In this document: positions 9,438-18,770 of the stretch, piece after piece
Position numbering within the stretch: the first letter of the stretch is position 1
How the letters are laid out: every line of letters begins with the position of its first letter
Source of the DNA: a virus
Taxonomy: Duplodnaviria > Caudoviricetes
IMG/VR virus record: IMGVR_UViG_3300046028_008305
Span: 1 to 28,214 of that record
DNA: 28,214 nucleotides
Direction: 5' to 3' (one strand)
Notes under the pieces: generated by a model
The model's database searches: none
Told to the model about the DNA's origin: nothing
The model's input: the letters and a program-made list of their open reading frames with translations, nothing else
Position numbers and translations under genes: made by a program

Positions 9438-9830
9438 ATGCAACAACGAGCCGGCTTATTATTTCTAGCAAGGACCACAGGAAGAATTCTGCTTATTCTA
9501 CAGGATGAAAAGTGGACTGTACCTACATTTGCTAGATCTGCATCACTGTTAGAAGATGCAGAGGTGTTGCTTAAAGATTATCACTCAGGTAGAATACTGC
9601 CTATTGAGTTATACCTCAGCGAAGATCGTGGGTTTGAATACGGAACCTATGTTTGTCTAGTTGCTGACGAGTTTTTAACTCAAGCTGTACCAACCCTAGC
9701 ATGGTGCGGTCTAGATTATCTCCCCAAACAACTACACAGTGGGCTCAAGACCACATTAAATAATCAGCTGATACGCACAAAAATTGATACCATAATGGAG
9801 TTAGAAAATGCTGAACACTATAGAAAATAG
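9438..9830 (+). CDS. NUDIX-fold-like protein lacking a canonical NUDIX box
   Basis: AGLLFLARTTGRILL start and W...LPKQLHSGL end resemble phage NUDIX proteins, but GX5EX7REUXEEXG is absent. ATAAGTA lies 4 nt upstream. Confidence 0.55.
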   Translation: MQQRAGLLFLARTTGRILLILQDEKWTVPTFARSASLLEDAEVLLKDYHSGRILPIELYLSEDRGFEYGTYVCLVADEFLTQAVPTLAWCGLDYLPKQLHSGLKTTLNNQLIRTKIDTIMELENAEHYRK

Positions 9831-10071
9831 CGAAGTATTCAAAAAAGAATTTTACATGTTTAGTGAAAGAATTTTACGGATTCAAGATGAAACTGTGAAA
9901 AAAGAATTAAGTTCAAAGTTAAATGAACTGTTAAAAGAAGTTCGACAGATAGACAGTCAACATAGAGATAGCTTTGACAAAAAAACAGTTTCTTCAACAG
10001 TTCCTGAATCAAGAACCAAACTAATGGAACTACGAAGATACTTAGATACAAGGTTAAAAGAAGTTAATTAA
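9808..10071 (+). CDS. hypothetical helical protein
   Basis: 87-aa charged ORF overlapping the upstream gene; GGAG upstream of the ATG. Confidence 0.7.
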   Translation: MLNTIENSEVFKKEFYMFSERILRIQDETVKKELSSKLNELLKEVRQIDSQHRDSFDKKTVSSTVPESRTKLMELRRYLDTRLKEVN

Positions 10072-10102
10072 ACCATAAAATTAAAAACACCGTTATCAGC
10101 CT

Positions 10103-10110
10103 TATAAATA
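10103..10110 (+). promoter_or_regulatory. T4-type late promoter for groES-groEL
   Basis: Perfect TATAAATA; SD AAGGAG at 10138-10143. Confidence 0.8.
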
Positions 10111-10148
10111 CACCATTATAAACTGAGCATAGAACTTAAGGAGAAATA

Positions 10149-10451
10149 ATGACCAGTAAAATTCAGCCTAGCGGCGATAGAGTACTTGTTAAAAAAATAG
10201 AAGATGATAATAAAACTAAAACCGGATTAGTTTTACCAGACGATGTTAAAGAACGCCCTACTAAAGGTGAAATCTTAGAAGTAGGCGAAGGCAAAACTAA
10301 TGACGACGGAAAATTGTTACCTATAGGATTTAAAAAAGGTGATTTAATAATCTACCCCAAGTACTCAGGACACCCAGTAAAAGTTGACGGTGAGGAATTT
10401 TTAATCCTCGACAGTAAAGAAATTTTAGCAATTTTAAAGGAAGAAAACTAA
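10149..10451 (+). CDS. groES: co-chaperonin GroES
   Basis: IQPSGDRVLVK, KTKTGLVLPD mobile loop, KERPTKGEILEVGEG, KYSG..VKVDGEEFLIL...EILA. Confidence 0.97.
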   Translation: MTSKIQPSGDRVLVKKIEDDNKTKTGLVLPDDVKERPTKGEILEVGEGKTNDDGKLLPIGFKKGDLIIYPKYSGHPVKVDGEEFLILDSKEILAILKEEN

Positions 10452-10452
10452 T

Positions 10453-12114
10453 ATGCCAATTAATCCACGGGTGGTTAATACCGGCCCAGAAACTAAAAAG
10501 AAACTAATAAACGGTGTAAACATACTAGCAAATGCTGTAAAGTCAACACTTGGCCCAAAGGGCAGAAATGTAATTATTCAAAGAACTTACGGTCCACCTC
10601 AAGTGACCAAAGACGGAGTTACAGTGGCTAGAGAGATCTTTCTTCAAGATCCGTTAGAAGACATGGGCTCTCGATTAGTTAAACAAGCCGCTAATCAGAC
10701 CGCAGATGATATTGGTGATGGTACAACCACTGCTACAGTACTGGCTCAAGCAATGATTCGCGAAGGATCTAAGTATCAAGCCACTGGTATCAGTGGAGTT
10801 AATCTCAAAAGAGGAATTGATAAAGCTGTCGAAATTGTAGTCGAGGGGCTAGGAAAAATTAGTAAGCCTTGCGATACAGCAGAAACAATAAAAAATGTTG
10901 CAACTATATCTGCAAACAGCGACGAGAAAATGGGACAGATTATTGCAGATGCTTATACCTCAGTAGGCCATACTGGTGCAATCAGTGTTGAAACCAGCAC
11001 ACAGTTAACAGACGAACTAGTGATTGTTAATGGTTTACAATATGATCACGGATACTATTCTCCGTACTTTATCAATTCTGATAAACAAAAATGCATACTA
11101 GAAAATCCCTATATTTTAATTTTAGATAGACCTATTCTAAATATTAATGATTTAGTTCCTATTCTCGAAAAGTTAGCTGAATCTAAGCGACCATTTTTAA
11201 TCATGGCTGAGCAAATCAATAACGATGCCTTGGCTACGCTGGTATTGAATAATGCAAACGGCCATATTAAATGTTGTGCCGTACGATCGCCTGACTGGAA
11301 AGGCGAAAAAAGGAAATATCTCATTGAAGATGTTGCAGTACTTACTGGAGGAACTGTATTTTCGGATGAAAATGGCAAGCGACCCGAAAATGCTGTATTA
11401 GAAGATTTGGGCCAATGTAATCGAATTGAAGTTACTAAAGACTCCACAACCATTATTGGCGGACATGGTGATAAGAGTAAAATTTCTTCTAGGATTTCTT
11501 CTATACAACAAGAAATTGAAGATTTAAGTATTGGCCCAAAAACTTTTACCAAGGTTGACATGGAAGCAAGAGTATCGAAATTGCTAGGAGGCGTTGCTCT
11601 AATTAGAGTAGGTGGCGCAACCACTCCAGAAATAAATGAGAAAAAAGATCGATATGACGATTCATTACATGCTACTAGAGCTGCCATGAAGGAAGGTGTT
11701 GTAGCCGGGGGTGGAGTGGCATATGTTCGACTTATTAAACTGTTAGAAAATTTTGCAACAGGAAACAAAGAACAAGATGCCGGAGTTAAAGTTGTCATTG
11801 ACTCGCTATCTGAACCGCTAAGACAAATTGCCGAAAACTCAGGTGATAAGCCCGATGTGGTTATAGACAAAGTGTTAAATTTAGAATCAGATTGTGGTTA
11901 CGATGCTTCAAACGGACAATTTGGTAATATGTTTGATATAGGTATTATTGATCCAACTAAGGTAGTTAAGACTGCGCTGATTAATGCAAGTTCAGTTGCA
12001 GGACTATTGTTAACAACCGAATGTGCAATATATGAAATACCTCCAAAGGTAGACGATATTAATCAACCCGGAACATCTGCAGGTCATGAATTACCACCTC
12101 ACTTTAATAACTAA
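10453..12114 (+). CDS. groEL: chaperonin GroEL
   Basis: AVKSTLGPKGRNV, TKDGVTVA, GDGTTTATVLA, EGVVAGGG, GIIDPTKV; 553 aa. Confidence 0.98.
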   Translation: MPINPRVVNTGPETKKKLINGVNILANAVKSTLGPKGRNVIIQRTYGPPQVTKDGVTVAREIFLQDPLEDMGSRLVKQAANQTADDIGDGTTTATVLAQAMIREGSKYQATGISGVNLKRGIDKAVEIVVEGLGKISKPCDTAETIKNVATISANSDEKMGQIIADAYTSVGHTGAISVETSTQLTDELVIVNGLQYDHGYYSPYFINSDKQKCILENPYILILDRPILNINDLVPILEKLAESKRPFLIMAEQINNDALATLVLNNANGHIKCCAVRSPDWKGEKRKYLIEDVAVLTGGTVFSDENGKRPENAVLEDLGQCNRIEVTKDSTTIIGGHGDKSKISSRISSIQQEIEDLSIGPKTFTKVDMEARVSKLLGGVALIRVGGATTPEINEKKDRYDDSLHATRAAMKEGVVAGGGVAYVRLIKLLENFATGNKEQDAGVKVVIDSLSEPLRQIAENSGDKPDVVIDKVLNLESDCGYDASNGQFGNMFDIGIIDPTKVVKTALINASSVAGLLLTTECAIYEIPPKVDDINQPGTSAGHELPPHFNN

Positions 12115-12130
12115 CCATTAACTAGAAGTG

Positions 12131-12158
12131 AAAAAGCGGAGCAATGCTCCGCTTTTTT
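12131..12158. terminator. bidirectional Rho-independent terminator
   Basis: AAAAAGCGGAGC-AAT-GCTCCGCTTTTTT between convergent groEL and the 12178-12594 gene. Confidence 0.92.
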
Positions 12159-12177
12159 CTTGAATAAATTTTTTAAT

Positions 12178-12594
12178 TTATGGTTTTGTAGGCCAAGTAA
12201 TTTCGTATGGAAATCCTGCTTGATCAGGAACTGCTCTAAGCGCCTGCCTATATGTGCTCCAAGCCGATTTTTGTGGCGCAGTTAAGCTACTTGATGATTC
12301 GGTCCAATCTGATTTTAGTAAAAGACTATCTCTTTCTTCTCTAGCTTCAAGTTCTAACTGAGTTTGTGTTTTTGGGTGCTTAGGGTAATTTGTTGGGGGG
12401 AAAGGAACTTCACCAAATTCTCCAGAATTTAATCGAGTCCACATTTCTCGTTGAAATGCTTCGGCGCCTACTCGGTGTGCATAGAATGGCACAGCAAAAG
12501 AAACTTCTGCAAACTTAATATGACAGTAGATATCATTGTCAAGATCTGTGCCTCTCTGTATAATAGAGACTGATTCAATTGTAAGCGTATTCAT
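12178..12594 (-). CDS. tail fibre assembly chaperone-like protein
   Basis: C-terminal REERDSLLLKSDWT...WSTYRQALRAVPDQAGFPYEITWPTKP signature; SD GGAG. Confidence 0.85.
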   Translation of the reverse strand: MNTLTIESVSIIQRGTDLDNDIYCHIKFAEVSFAVPFYAHRVGAEAFQREMWTRLNSGEFGEVPFPPTNYPKHPKTQTQLELEAREERDSLLLKSDWTESSSSLTAPQKSAWSTYRQALRAVPDQAGFPYEITWPTKP

Positions 12595-12622
12595 TTATTT
12601 CTCCGTAGACCATTTGTTATTG

Positions 12623-12650
12623 TATTTATGTTTTTTTAAAAATATTTAGG
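12623..12650 (-). promoter_or_regulatory. tandem late promoter-like motifs
   Basis: CATAAATA (12630-12623) and CCTAAATA (12650-12643) upstream of the fibre chaperone gene. Confidence 0.6.
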
Positions 12651-12655
12651 CACAT

Positions 12656-13288
12656 TTATTTAAATTTAAAGCCCAATCCTGGCCGTTTATCGTAGGCATA
12701 TTCTGGATAGTACGGGCCATCCTTGTTGATATAGTGTAAAAATGCTTGAACTTGCCAACTTCCTTTATCAGCAACAAACGGATCTCTCCAATGCTCTACT
12801 TCGCAACCGCGATATACAATAATATCTCCTGGTTTTTGCGATAGCATTTTTCCAATATTATTTATCGACGAAACTTCTTCTATAATATTAAGGTTTGTGC
12901 CTACGTACATCCCCCAATTATAGTCCGAAGGAGCGTTAACATAGTTATAACCTAGACATACAGTTGTACTGATTTCACAACTAACTCTATCAGTGTGTTT
13001 TTCTAGTGTCATCCCCGGACGGTACACTCTAAAATAACTGTAAGTAGGACATAGTTCTAATCCGGTATGCATTTCCATATGCGGTTTCATAAAAATCATT
13101 AATGTTTCCATTAATAAATCTCCATAAACCGAATGAGCAAATGGAACTTGCCCTTCTGCTTCTTCTTTAAGAGGAGCGACTGATTCTTGCAACAATGCAT
13201 ATTGTGCTACTAGGTTGCAGACTTCGCGAGGAATTATACTTTTGAGATCTAAATATGAATTTTTTTTAAATAATTCTGGATTATTCAT
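12656..13288 (-). CDS. 2OG-Fe(II) oxygenase family protein
   Basis: PTYSYFRVY, HTD...CEIS, GDIIVYRG, distal HWR. Start ATG 13288 overlaps the upstream stop (ATGA). Confidence 0.85.
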   Translation of the reverse strand: MNNPELFKKNSYLDLKSIIPREVCNLVAQYALLQESVAPLKEEAEGQVPFAHSVYGDLLMETLMIFMKPHMEMHTGLELCPTYSYFRVYRPGMTLEKHTDRVSCEISTTVCLGYNYVNAPSDYNWGMYVGTNLNIIEEVSSINNIGKMLSQKPGDIIVYRGCEVEHWRDPFVADKGSWQVQAFLHYINKDGPYYPEYAYDKRPGLGFKFK

Positions 13289-14082
13289 TTGAACGGATAT
13301 CCTAAATTCCATGCTACTAAACTGTATCGAGTCCCTTTTGTAACCGGTGTTACTTGATGGTATACATGAGACGGAAAAACTATTATAGAGCCTCTTGGTC
13401 GTATTTCTGCACATTCGTGATATCTATCTTCTCTGTGCGGGCCTAGATCAAATTTTAAATTACCGCCTTCATAAGTAGCTGGATCACTAAGACTAATTGT
13501 AACGCTTAATTTTCTAATTTTTCCAGCTTTTAACGGATTATCAATCAAGTGAGCTGCTTCGGGAACAAATGATCCATCACCGGCCAATAAAGGAGTCCCA
13601 TCTTCATTTAATTTAAATTTATGTATAGTTGGATCAAACAATTCATATTTGTCAGCTCCTGAATCAGCATGCCATCCGTAGAATTGATTTACTCCATATT
13701 TTGTAAACTGGAGGTCCTCTGTAAAATCCCAATCGAAGTTCCAGCCGGCTAATTTATTTGCTTCATGAACATATGGCCAGATCATGTTGTATAGCCGTGG
13801 GTCATTAAGCCAAGCAACATTAGAATCTCTCACGTGCATATTGTTTAAACTGTTACCACTTTTTGTGATGTCTTCGACGGTGCTATCAGCAATTGTTATT
13901 GTATTGGTTTTAGTATCTAAAGATTGTTTATGCTTCCAATCTCCGGTAACTCCATTGACTGCTGCATCCCCATAATCCTGGCGAGCTTTATGCATTGTTT
14001 CTAAACCAAGCTCTAAAATTGATTCGCAGACTTGATCAGATAATGCACTAACAAAGTACCAATAATTATAAGGCAGTATCAT
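13285..14082 (-). CDS. 2OG-Fe(II) oxygenase (prolyl-4-hydroxylase/PKHD-like)
   Basis: YGWHAD, RKLSVTISLS, YEGG, FPSHVYHQVTPVTKGTRYSLV: full HxD...H...RxS set. Confidence 0.92.
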   Translation of the reverse strand: MILPYNYWYFVSALSDQVCESILELGLETMHKARQDYGDAAVNGVTGDWKHKQSLDTKTNTITIADSTVEDITKSGNSLNNMHVRDSNVAWLNDPRLYNMIWPYVHEANKLAGWNFDWDFTEDLQFTKYGVNQFYGWHADSGADKYELFDPTIHKFKLNEDGTPLLAGDGSFVPEAAHLIDNPLKAGKIRKLSVTISLSDPATYEGGNLKFDLGPHREDRYHECAEIRPRGSIIVFPSHVYHQVTPVTKGTRYSLVAWNLGYPFK

Positions 14083-14684
14083 CTAAAAATTGTTCCGTGG
14101 ATATGACCCACAATAATATTTTTATGACCAGAAGTAACTTCTTTTATTCTGTATGGCAAGAACGACGGAAATACTATCAATGAGCCAACCTCATTGATAT
14201 TACTGGCTGAAGTATCAGTATTTAGAAATTCAATTTCTCCTCCAGTATATTCCGATGAATCATTTAAATTAATAATAAAACTAAGTTTTCTAGTTGCCGC
14301 CATTGGAGTAATGTCAATGTGCCAATTGTAAAAATCTCCGGTTGAATATTGATATACTTGTGGGAAATCTTGATCAATAATTCCTAAAAGTTTGAAATCA
14401 TAAACTTCGTCATTGGCTTGTTTAGTTACTGCTCTAATATTTTCAAAAGGAAAGCCGGCAACTTCACCTCTAAGTTTCTGCCTTTTAGCGCGGTGTATAT
14501 CACCATCGCCTATAACTCTTGCATCTAAATATAAATCTTCAATGCAACTTTCTAGTATTTTATTACAATCTTCTTTAGAAAATAGCATAGCTTTATTCAT
14601 TGACATAATGTCTAACGATGCTAGTTTTGCTATGCCAACTTCTAAAGATTGCGGCTCCAGTGTAAATTCGGTATTATTTTCCAT
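14079..14684 (-). CDS. 2OG-Fe(II) oxygenase homologue with altered distal ligand
   Basis: YNWHID, RKLSFIINLN, YTGGE, but FPSFLPYRIKEVTSGHKN (His to Tyr, Arg to Lys); SD AGGAG. Confidence 0.85.
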   Translation of the reverse strand: MENNTEFTLEPQSLEVGIAKLASLDIMSMNKAMLFSKEDCNKILESCIEDLYLDARVIGDGDIHRAKRQKLRGEVAGFPFENIRAVTKQANDEVYDFKLLGIIDQDFPQVYQYSTGDFYNWHIDITPMAATRKLSFIINLNDSSEYTGGEIEFLNTDTSASNINEVGSLIVFPSFLPYRIKEVTSGHKNIIVGHIHGTIFR

Positions 14685-14700
14685 AAGTGTCTCCTATACA

Positions 14701-14708
14701 TACTTATA
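14701..14708 (-). promoter_or_regulatory. late promoter-like variant TATAAGTA
   Basis: 7/8 match to TATAAATA, upstream of the SD of the 14684 gene. Confidence 0.55.
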
Positions 14709-14725
14709 ATTTTAGATGGTGTCAA

Positions 14726-15895
14726 TTAAAAATATTGGTATTTCATATTATGATTGAGGTCTCTCCACACTCCGATAGGGAAAACCAAAGAAGTGTTGGT
14801 GTCCAATGCAGGGTCTGCTTGCTTCATAATAGTAATATGTTTTTTAAATCTATCACTGTTGTCTAACACATCTTTGCATTTTTTTGTTGTTTTGTTCCAA
14901 AACGGAGAAGTAAATTTAGAACCACCATGATACATATAGCATATAAACAATTCATAATCTTCAGCTAATCCGTGTAAAAAAGAGTTTGCTTGATCTTCAG
15001 TAACTTGTTTAGTAATCACTACTTCAAAAAATAGTCTTAACACATTATCATAAAACCAACTGCTCAGTGCTTCTATAGGTTCGTAAAATAATGCCATATT
15101 TCCATTTTTTATTATTCTGCCATCAATAAACTTTTTTGCCTTATAATTGTTAAATGAAAATTCTCTTAAATTTAAATCTTCTTTGCGTGTTTTAAATATG
15201 TCAGCAATATCATTGATCGCTTCTTCTCGTGAAGTAATTGTGTCATTGTAAAGATAACCCCATCCTTGACGAGTTTGTAGAGGAATTCCAAACATCCAAC
15301 CGTTGGCATGGGCTTGATGATAGGTATAACTCCAGTTACCTGCTTCTTTAATGGTGTGTACCAAACAGTGATTTACCGGTATGCTATCAACAGTAATATG
15401 ATCGTTTGAGTTTTTAGGAAAGCCTCGGCAATCTATTACATAATCAAAATCATGACTTTCATTGTTAGATAATGTTACAGTAACACTATCAACTCGATTG
15501 TGCATGGTTATTATTTCACCTTCAATTGTTAAAAAACGAGTATTCCATTTTTTCTCAAATTGTTTAAATGCAAATTCTTTTAAAGAAAAATTATTAAAAT
15601 GCATAGCATAGTAAGGCGGTGGAATTTTTGTAAAGAAATTATCTTCTCTCCAATTTACATATTTTACCCCGTGCTTCGCTGTCATATCCAACTCGTCGGG
15701 CATATCTAAAAAATTTAGTCCAGTTGCATAAAATAAAGTTTGTGGTATTTGTGTTGAAGTGCTTTCGCCTATCCCTAGCATTGGGATGTTAGGATCATAG
15801 ATCGAAGTTACTTGCCAGTCTTTAGGAAAGAATGCTAGACAATGAGCTAGCGATAAAATCCCAGCAGTTCCTGACCCTATTACAGCTATTTTCAT
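14726..15895 (-). CDS. tryptophan-halogenase-family flavoprotein (short form)
   Basis: GSGTAG, GIGEST, TAKHGV, IDCRG, GWMFGIP, FYEPIEA. Confidence 0.85.
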   Translation of the reverse strand: MKIAVIGSGTAGILSLAHCLAFFPKDWQVTSIYDPNIPMLGIGESTSTQIPQTLFYATGLNFLDMPDELDMTAKHGVKYVNWREDNFFTKIPPPYYAMHFNNFSLKEFAFKQFEKKWNTRFLTIEGEIITMHNRVDSVTVTLSNNESHDFDYVIDCRGFPKNSNDHITVDSIPVNHCLVHTIKEAGNWSYTYHQAHANGWMFGIPLQTRQGWGYLYNDTITSREEAINDIADIFKTRKEDLNLREFSFNNYKAKKFIDGRIIKNGNMALFYEPIEALSSWFYDNVLRLFFEVVITKQVTEDQANSFLHGLAEDYELFICYMYHGGSKFTSPFWNKTTKKCKDVLDNSDRFKKHITIMKQADPALDTNTSLVFPIGVWRDLNHNMKYQYF

Positions 15896-17355
15896 CTAAA
15901 GTATTCTTTCAATCTATCAATTTCACTTGCATGGTGCCGACTCCAAACGTGTCTATATTTTTCATTTTTTAAATAAGTGTCAATCACAATGTTTTCAGCT
16001 TGATCTTTGTTGTACTTGATTTTTCTAGGTGCTACGGGAACGCCCATTTGTATCAGCCAAGCAGACCAGTTAACACCATCAAACACAAATTGAAATTTTC
16101 CAGAGTGTGGAATGCTGACAGAAGGGTCAGCTAACTGTTCAATAAAATGTAACATTTTTTTAGATGGCGTAAAAGTGTTTTTTACATAAGACCAAAATTT
16201 TGTATCTCTATCATTGTCTGCATAGTGCATACTGACAAAATCTACACAGTCTTCAAACTGTATTTTCATTTGTAAATTAAAAAAGTCAACATCCTCTTTA
16301 GAATAATACTGTGTACGCATAGCATTACTTAAATGCGCCACGGCACTGGTAATTAAAGCAATTCCTGTACTTTCCAAAGGTTCAATGAATCCTGCACTTA
16401 GTCCGATAGAAACAATATTGCCACTCCACATATCTTCATTATAGAACGGAGTCCAATCGATAACTTTACAGTCTTCTTTACTAATCCTATTGTCCCAATA
16501 GTTGACAAAATATTCTTTGGCTTCTTCGATGTCAGTGATGTTTCTATTAAAAACTAGTCCGCTGCCAATTCTAGACGAAACCGGAATATTCCATATCCAT
16601 CCGTGATCAACTGCTTCAGAAATCACATATGGCTGTAGTTCATTATTTCTGTCTTTATAGGGAACATGTCCTGCAATTGCAGTATTACAAAATAATCGAC
16701 CTTCTAAATTAATACGCTTGTTGGTTTTTTTAAGCAGGCCGTTGAAACCAGTGCAGTCTATAAATAAATCTGCAGAAATAATTTCGTTATTTTTTAATTT
16801 CAAACTTGAAATATTTTCATTGTCATACACAATATCAACTACTTCTGATTTGATTAATTTAACTTTATTTTTTAACTTCTGTTGTACAAATTGCGCCAAC
16901 TTAGAACAGTCAATATGATAACCATAGTCGGGTAGATTATTTGAATCTACAGAATTATGTATTACAGAAGATTCGTAATAGGCCAGGGCAAATTTTTTGA
17001 AATCAAATTCTTGCACATGAGACCATACATCATATAACCGTGTGTCTTTGTCTACGGCACGATTTCCTTTATAAAAAGGATGCCATATATCTTTGCCTTT
17101 ACCTTGCCAATTAGCAAATAAAATAGAAGACTTATAAGTAGCATCTACAGCAGGAAACCATTCAGAATGTTCAAAACCGCATTCTAACAAAAAATCTCCA
17201 ATTTGTAACAATGTGCCTTCGCCTACGCCAACTGGTGTTCCAAATTCTTTATCTACAACTGTGATTAAAATATCTGGTTGATTGTTAGATAGATAAGCGG
17301 CAGCTAACCAACCGGAGGTGCCACCACCAACTATTGTTATTGATTTTACTTTCAT
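15892..17355 (-). CDS. tryptophan-halogenase-family flavin-dependent halogenase
   Basis: GGGTSG, GVGEGT, ATYKSSI (PrnA K79 equivalent), FIDCTGF, GWIWNIP, FIEPLESTG. Confidence 0.93.
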   Translation of the reverse strand: MKVKSITIVGGGTSGWLAAAYLSNNQPDILITVVDKEFGTPVGVGEGTLLQIGDFLLECGFEHSEWFPAVDATYKSSILFANWQGKGKDIWHPFYKGNRAVDKDTRLYDVWSHVQEFDFKKFALAYYESSVIHNSVDSNNLPDYGYHIDCSKLAQFVQQKLKNKVKLIKSEVVDIVYDNENISSLKLKNNEIISADLFIDCTGFNGLLKKTNKRINLEGRLFCNTAIAGHVPYKDRNNELQPYVISEAVDHGWIWNIPVSSRIGSGLVFNRNITDIEEAKEYFVNYWDNRISKEDCKVIDWTPFYNEDMWSGNIVSIGLSAGFIEPLESTGIALITSAVAHLSNAMRTQYYSKEDVDFFNLQMKIQFEDCVDFVSMHYADNDRDTKFWSYVKNTFTPSKKMLHFIEQLADPSVSIPHSGKFQFVFDGVNWSAWLIQMGVPVAPRKIKYNKDQAENIVIDTYLKNEKYRHVWSRHHASEIDRLKEYFR

Positions 17356-18107
17356 TTAATATCCTTTGGGCAAATTATAGAAGTTTTTGAATCTTCTTTA
17401 TTCTTTCGTATTCTCCTACTTTCCATGTATCCGTTAACAAAAAATGGAAAACTATTATTATTCATTACTCGCATAAGATCGTTAGGGCCTACTAGATGTA
17501 GCTTGATTTCTACATCATGTTCAGTCATTGGTATTAGGTGCGCCATGGCTTTTCCTGCTGGAAAATCATACAGCTGACCTTTTTTTAATAACATATTGAT
17601 ATTACTTGTGTGTTGGTATTTGTATTCAACAATTCCTGGCAAGGTTTCTTGTGTTAGCAAGTCACTTGGATAATTCCAAGGAGTCCCTGTGTATAAAAAG
17701 TTAACTCCGGACTTTTCCCTAATCCTCCAAGGACTGATTAATTTGATATGAGTATATTGAGAAAAACCTGTTCCTAGTTGATCCAAAGAATGAAATCCAA
17801 TTTGACTTGTGTTATCCGCAAATTGAAATGTATAATTTTGACCATGTGTTTGAAGTTTTAAATCACTCCATAGCGGAATGACAAATCCGTACGAGTATAA
17901 ATTTTTAAAGCCCACACAACCTTTCATAGTTCCGTGGTCAACAGGAAGTCCTCCAGCTGTTTCGGTTGCATATTTGTTCGGCAAACGTTTCCACCAATCT
18001 GGATAAAATTTATTAGCTTTATCGATAGGAAATAAATCATAGGCGTTAGGGCTTGCGGTAAAGCAGTCAATAACTATTTTTTTTCTACGAGTAAAAAAAC
18101 TAAACAT
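17352..18107 (-). CDS. conserved-looking hypothetical protein (possible dUTPase-like fold)
   Basis: Start ATG 18107 with SD GGAG and ATGA coupling to the halogenase; TMKGCVGF..GFVIPLWSD, LPGIVEY, GKAMAHLIP. Confidence 0.7.
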   Translation of the reverse strand: MFSFFTRRKKIVIDCFTASPNAYDLFPIDKANKFYPDWWKRLPNKYATETAGGLPVDHGTMKGCVGFKNLYSYGFVIPLWSDLKLQTHGQNYTFQFADNTSQIGFHSLDQLGTGFSQYTHIKLISPWRIREKSGVNFLYTGTPWNYPSDLLTQETLPGIVEYKYQHTSNINMLLKKGQLYDFPAGKAMAHLIPMTEHDVEIKLHLVGPNDLMRVMNNNSFPFFVNGYMESRRIRKNKEDSKTSIICPKDIK

Positions 18108-18127
18108 AAATTCTCCGTGTTCACAGC

Positions 18128-18171
18128 TACTTATCAGGTTTTGCAAAAGTCTAAAATAAAACTGGTAAATA
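18128..18171. promoter_or_regulatory. divergent late promoter-like motifs
   Basis: Minus-strand GATAAGTA (18135-18128); plus-strand GGTAAATA (18164-18171) 5 nt before ATG 18177. Confidence 0.65.
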
Positions 18172-18176
18172 TCTCC

Positions 18177-18767
18177 ATGCTGATTCAAGATGATTTCTTA
18201 CCAACAAACGATTTTAAAAAACTTCAAAGTTTTGTTTTATCTAATGAATTTCCTTGGTTTTATTCTGACCAAGTATCTCTTCCTCCTGGTGATCATCAGT
18301 TTAACGATGCTTACTCTAAAGAGACTGACGGATTTTATCATATGTTATATGCTCAAGACGAAGAATGTTATAGTATGTTTGCAAAAGATTTTGAAGGATT
18401 CTTTAACAAATTATTTGAAGAATTTGGTTATAATAATAAATCAATACTACGAGCAAGGCTCGGTCTTAAAATGCCTAAAGCCAATCACACTAAAGAAAAT
18501 TACAATTTGCCTCACATAGATTATAATTTTCCGCATGACACTGTGATATTTTATTTAAATGACAGTGATGGAAATACACGAATGTTTAATGAGCACGAAC
18601 TGCATTCTCCTATGACCAATCGATATACTGTAAAAAACGAAATAGAACCAAAAGAAAATAGAATTCTATTATTCGATGGATTGCAATATCATACTGCAAG
18701 TAATCCCATCAATACTAATAGACGAGTTATACTCAATATAAATTTATACCCTAGATCATCGGAGTAG
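18177..18767 (+). CDS. 2OG-Fe(II) oxygenase family protein
   Basis: LPHID, IFYLNDSDGNT, PKENRILLFDGLQYHTAS, RRVILNIN. Confidence 0.88.
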   Translation: MLIQDDFLPTNDFKKLQSFVLSNEFPWFYSDQVSLPPGDHQFNDAYSKETDGFYHMLYAQDEECYSMFAKDFEGFFNKLFEEFGYNNKSILRARLGLKMPKANHTKENYNLPHIDYNFPHDTVIFYLNDSDGNTRMFNEHELHSPMTNRYTVKNEIEPKENRILLFDGLQYHTASNPINTNRRVILNINLYPRSSE

Positions 18768-18770
18768 TTA

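Noticed and set aside
11109-11870. 253-aa ORF antisense to groEL
   Set aside because: In-register antisense shadow of a conserved gene; no motifs and no SD seen
14697-14725. Possible sigma70 promoter with TTGACA (14725-14720, minus strand)
   Set aside because: At 17-nt spacing the -10 reads TATGTA, lacking the conserved final T; the TATAAGTA late-like motif explains the site better
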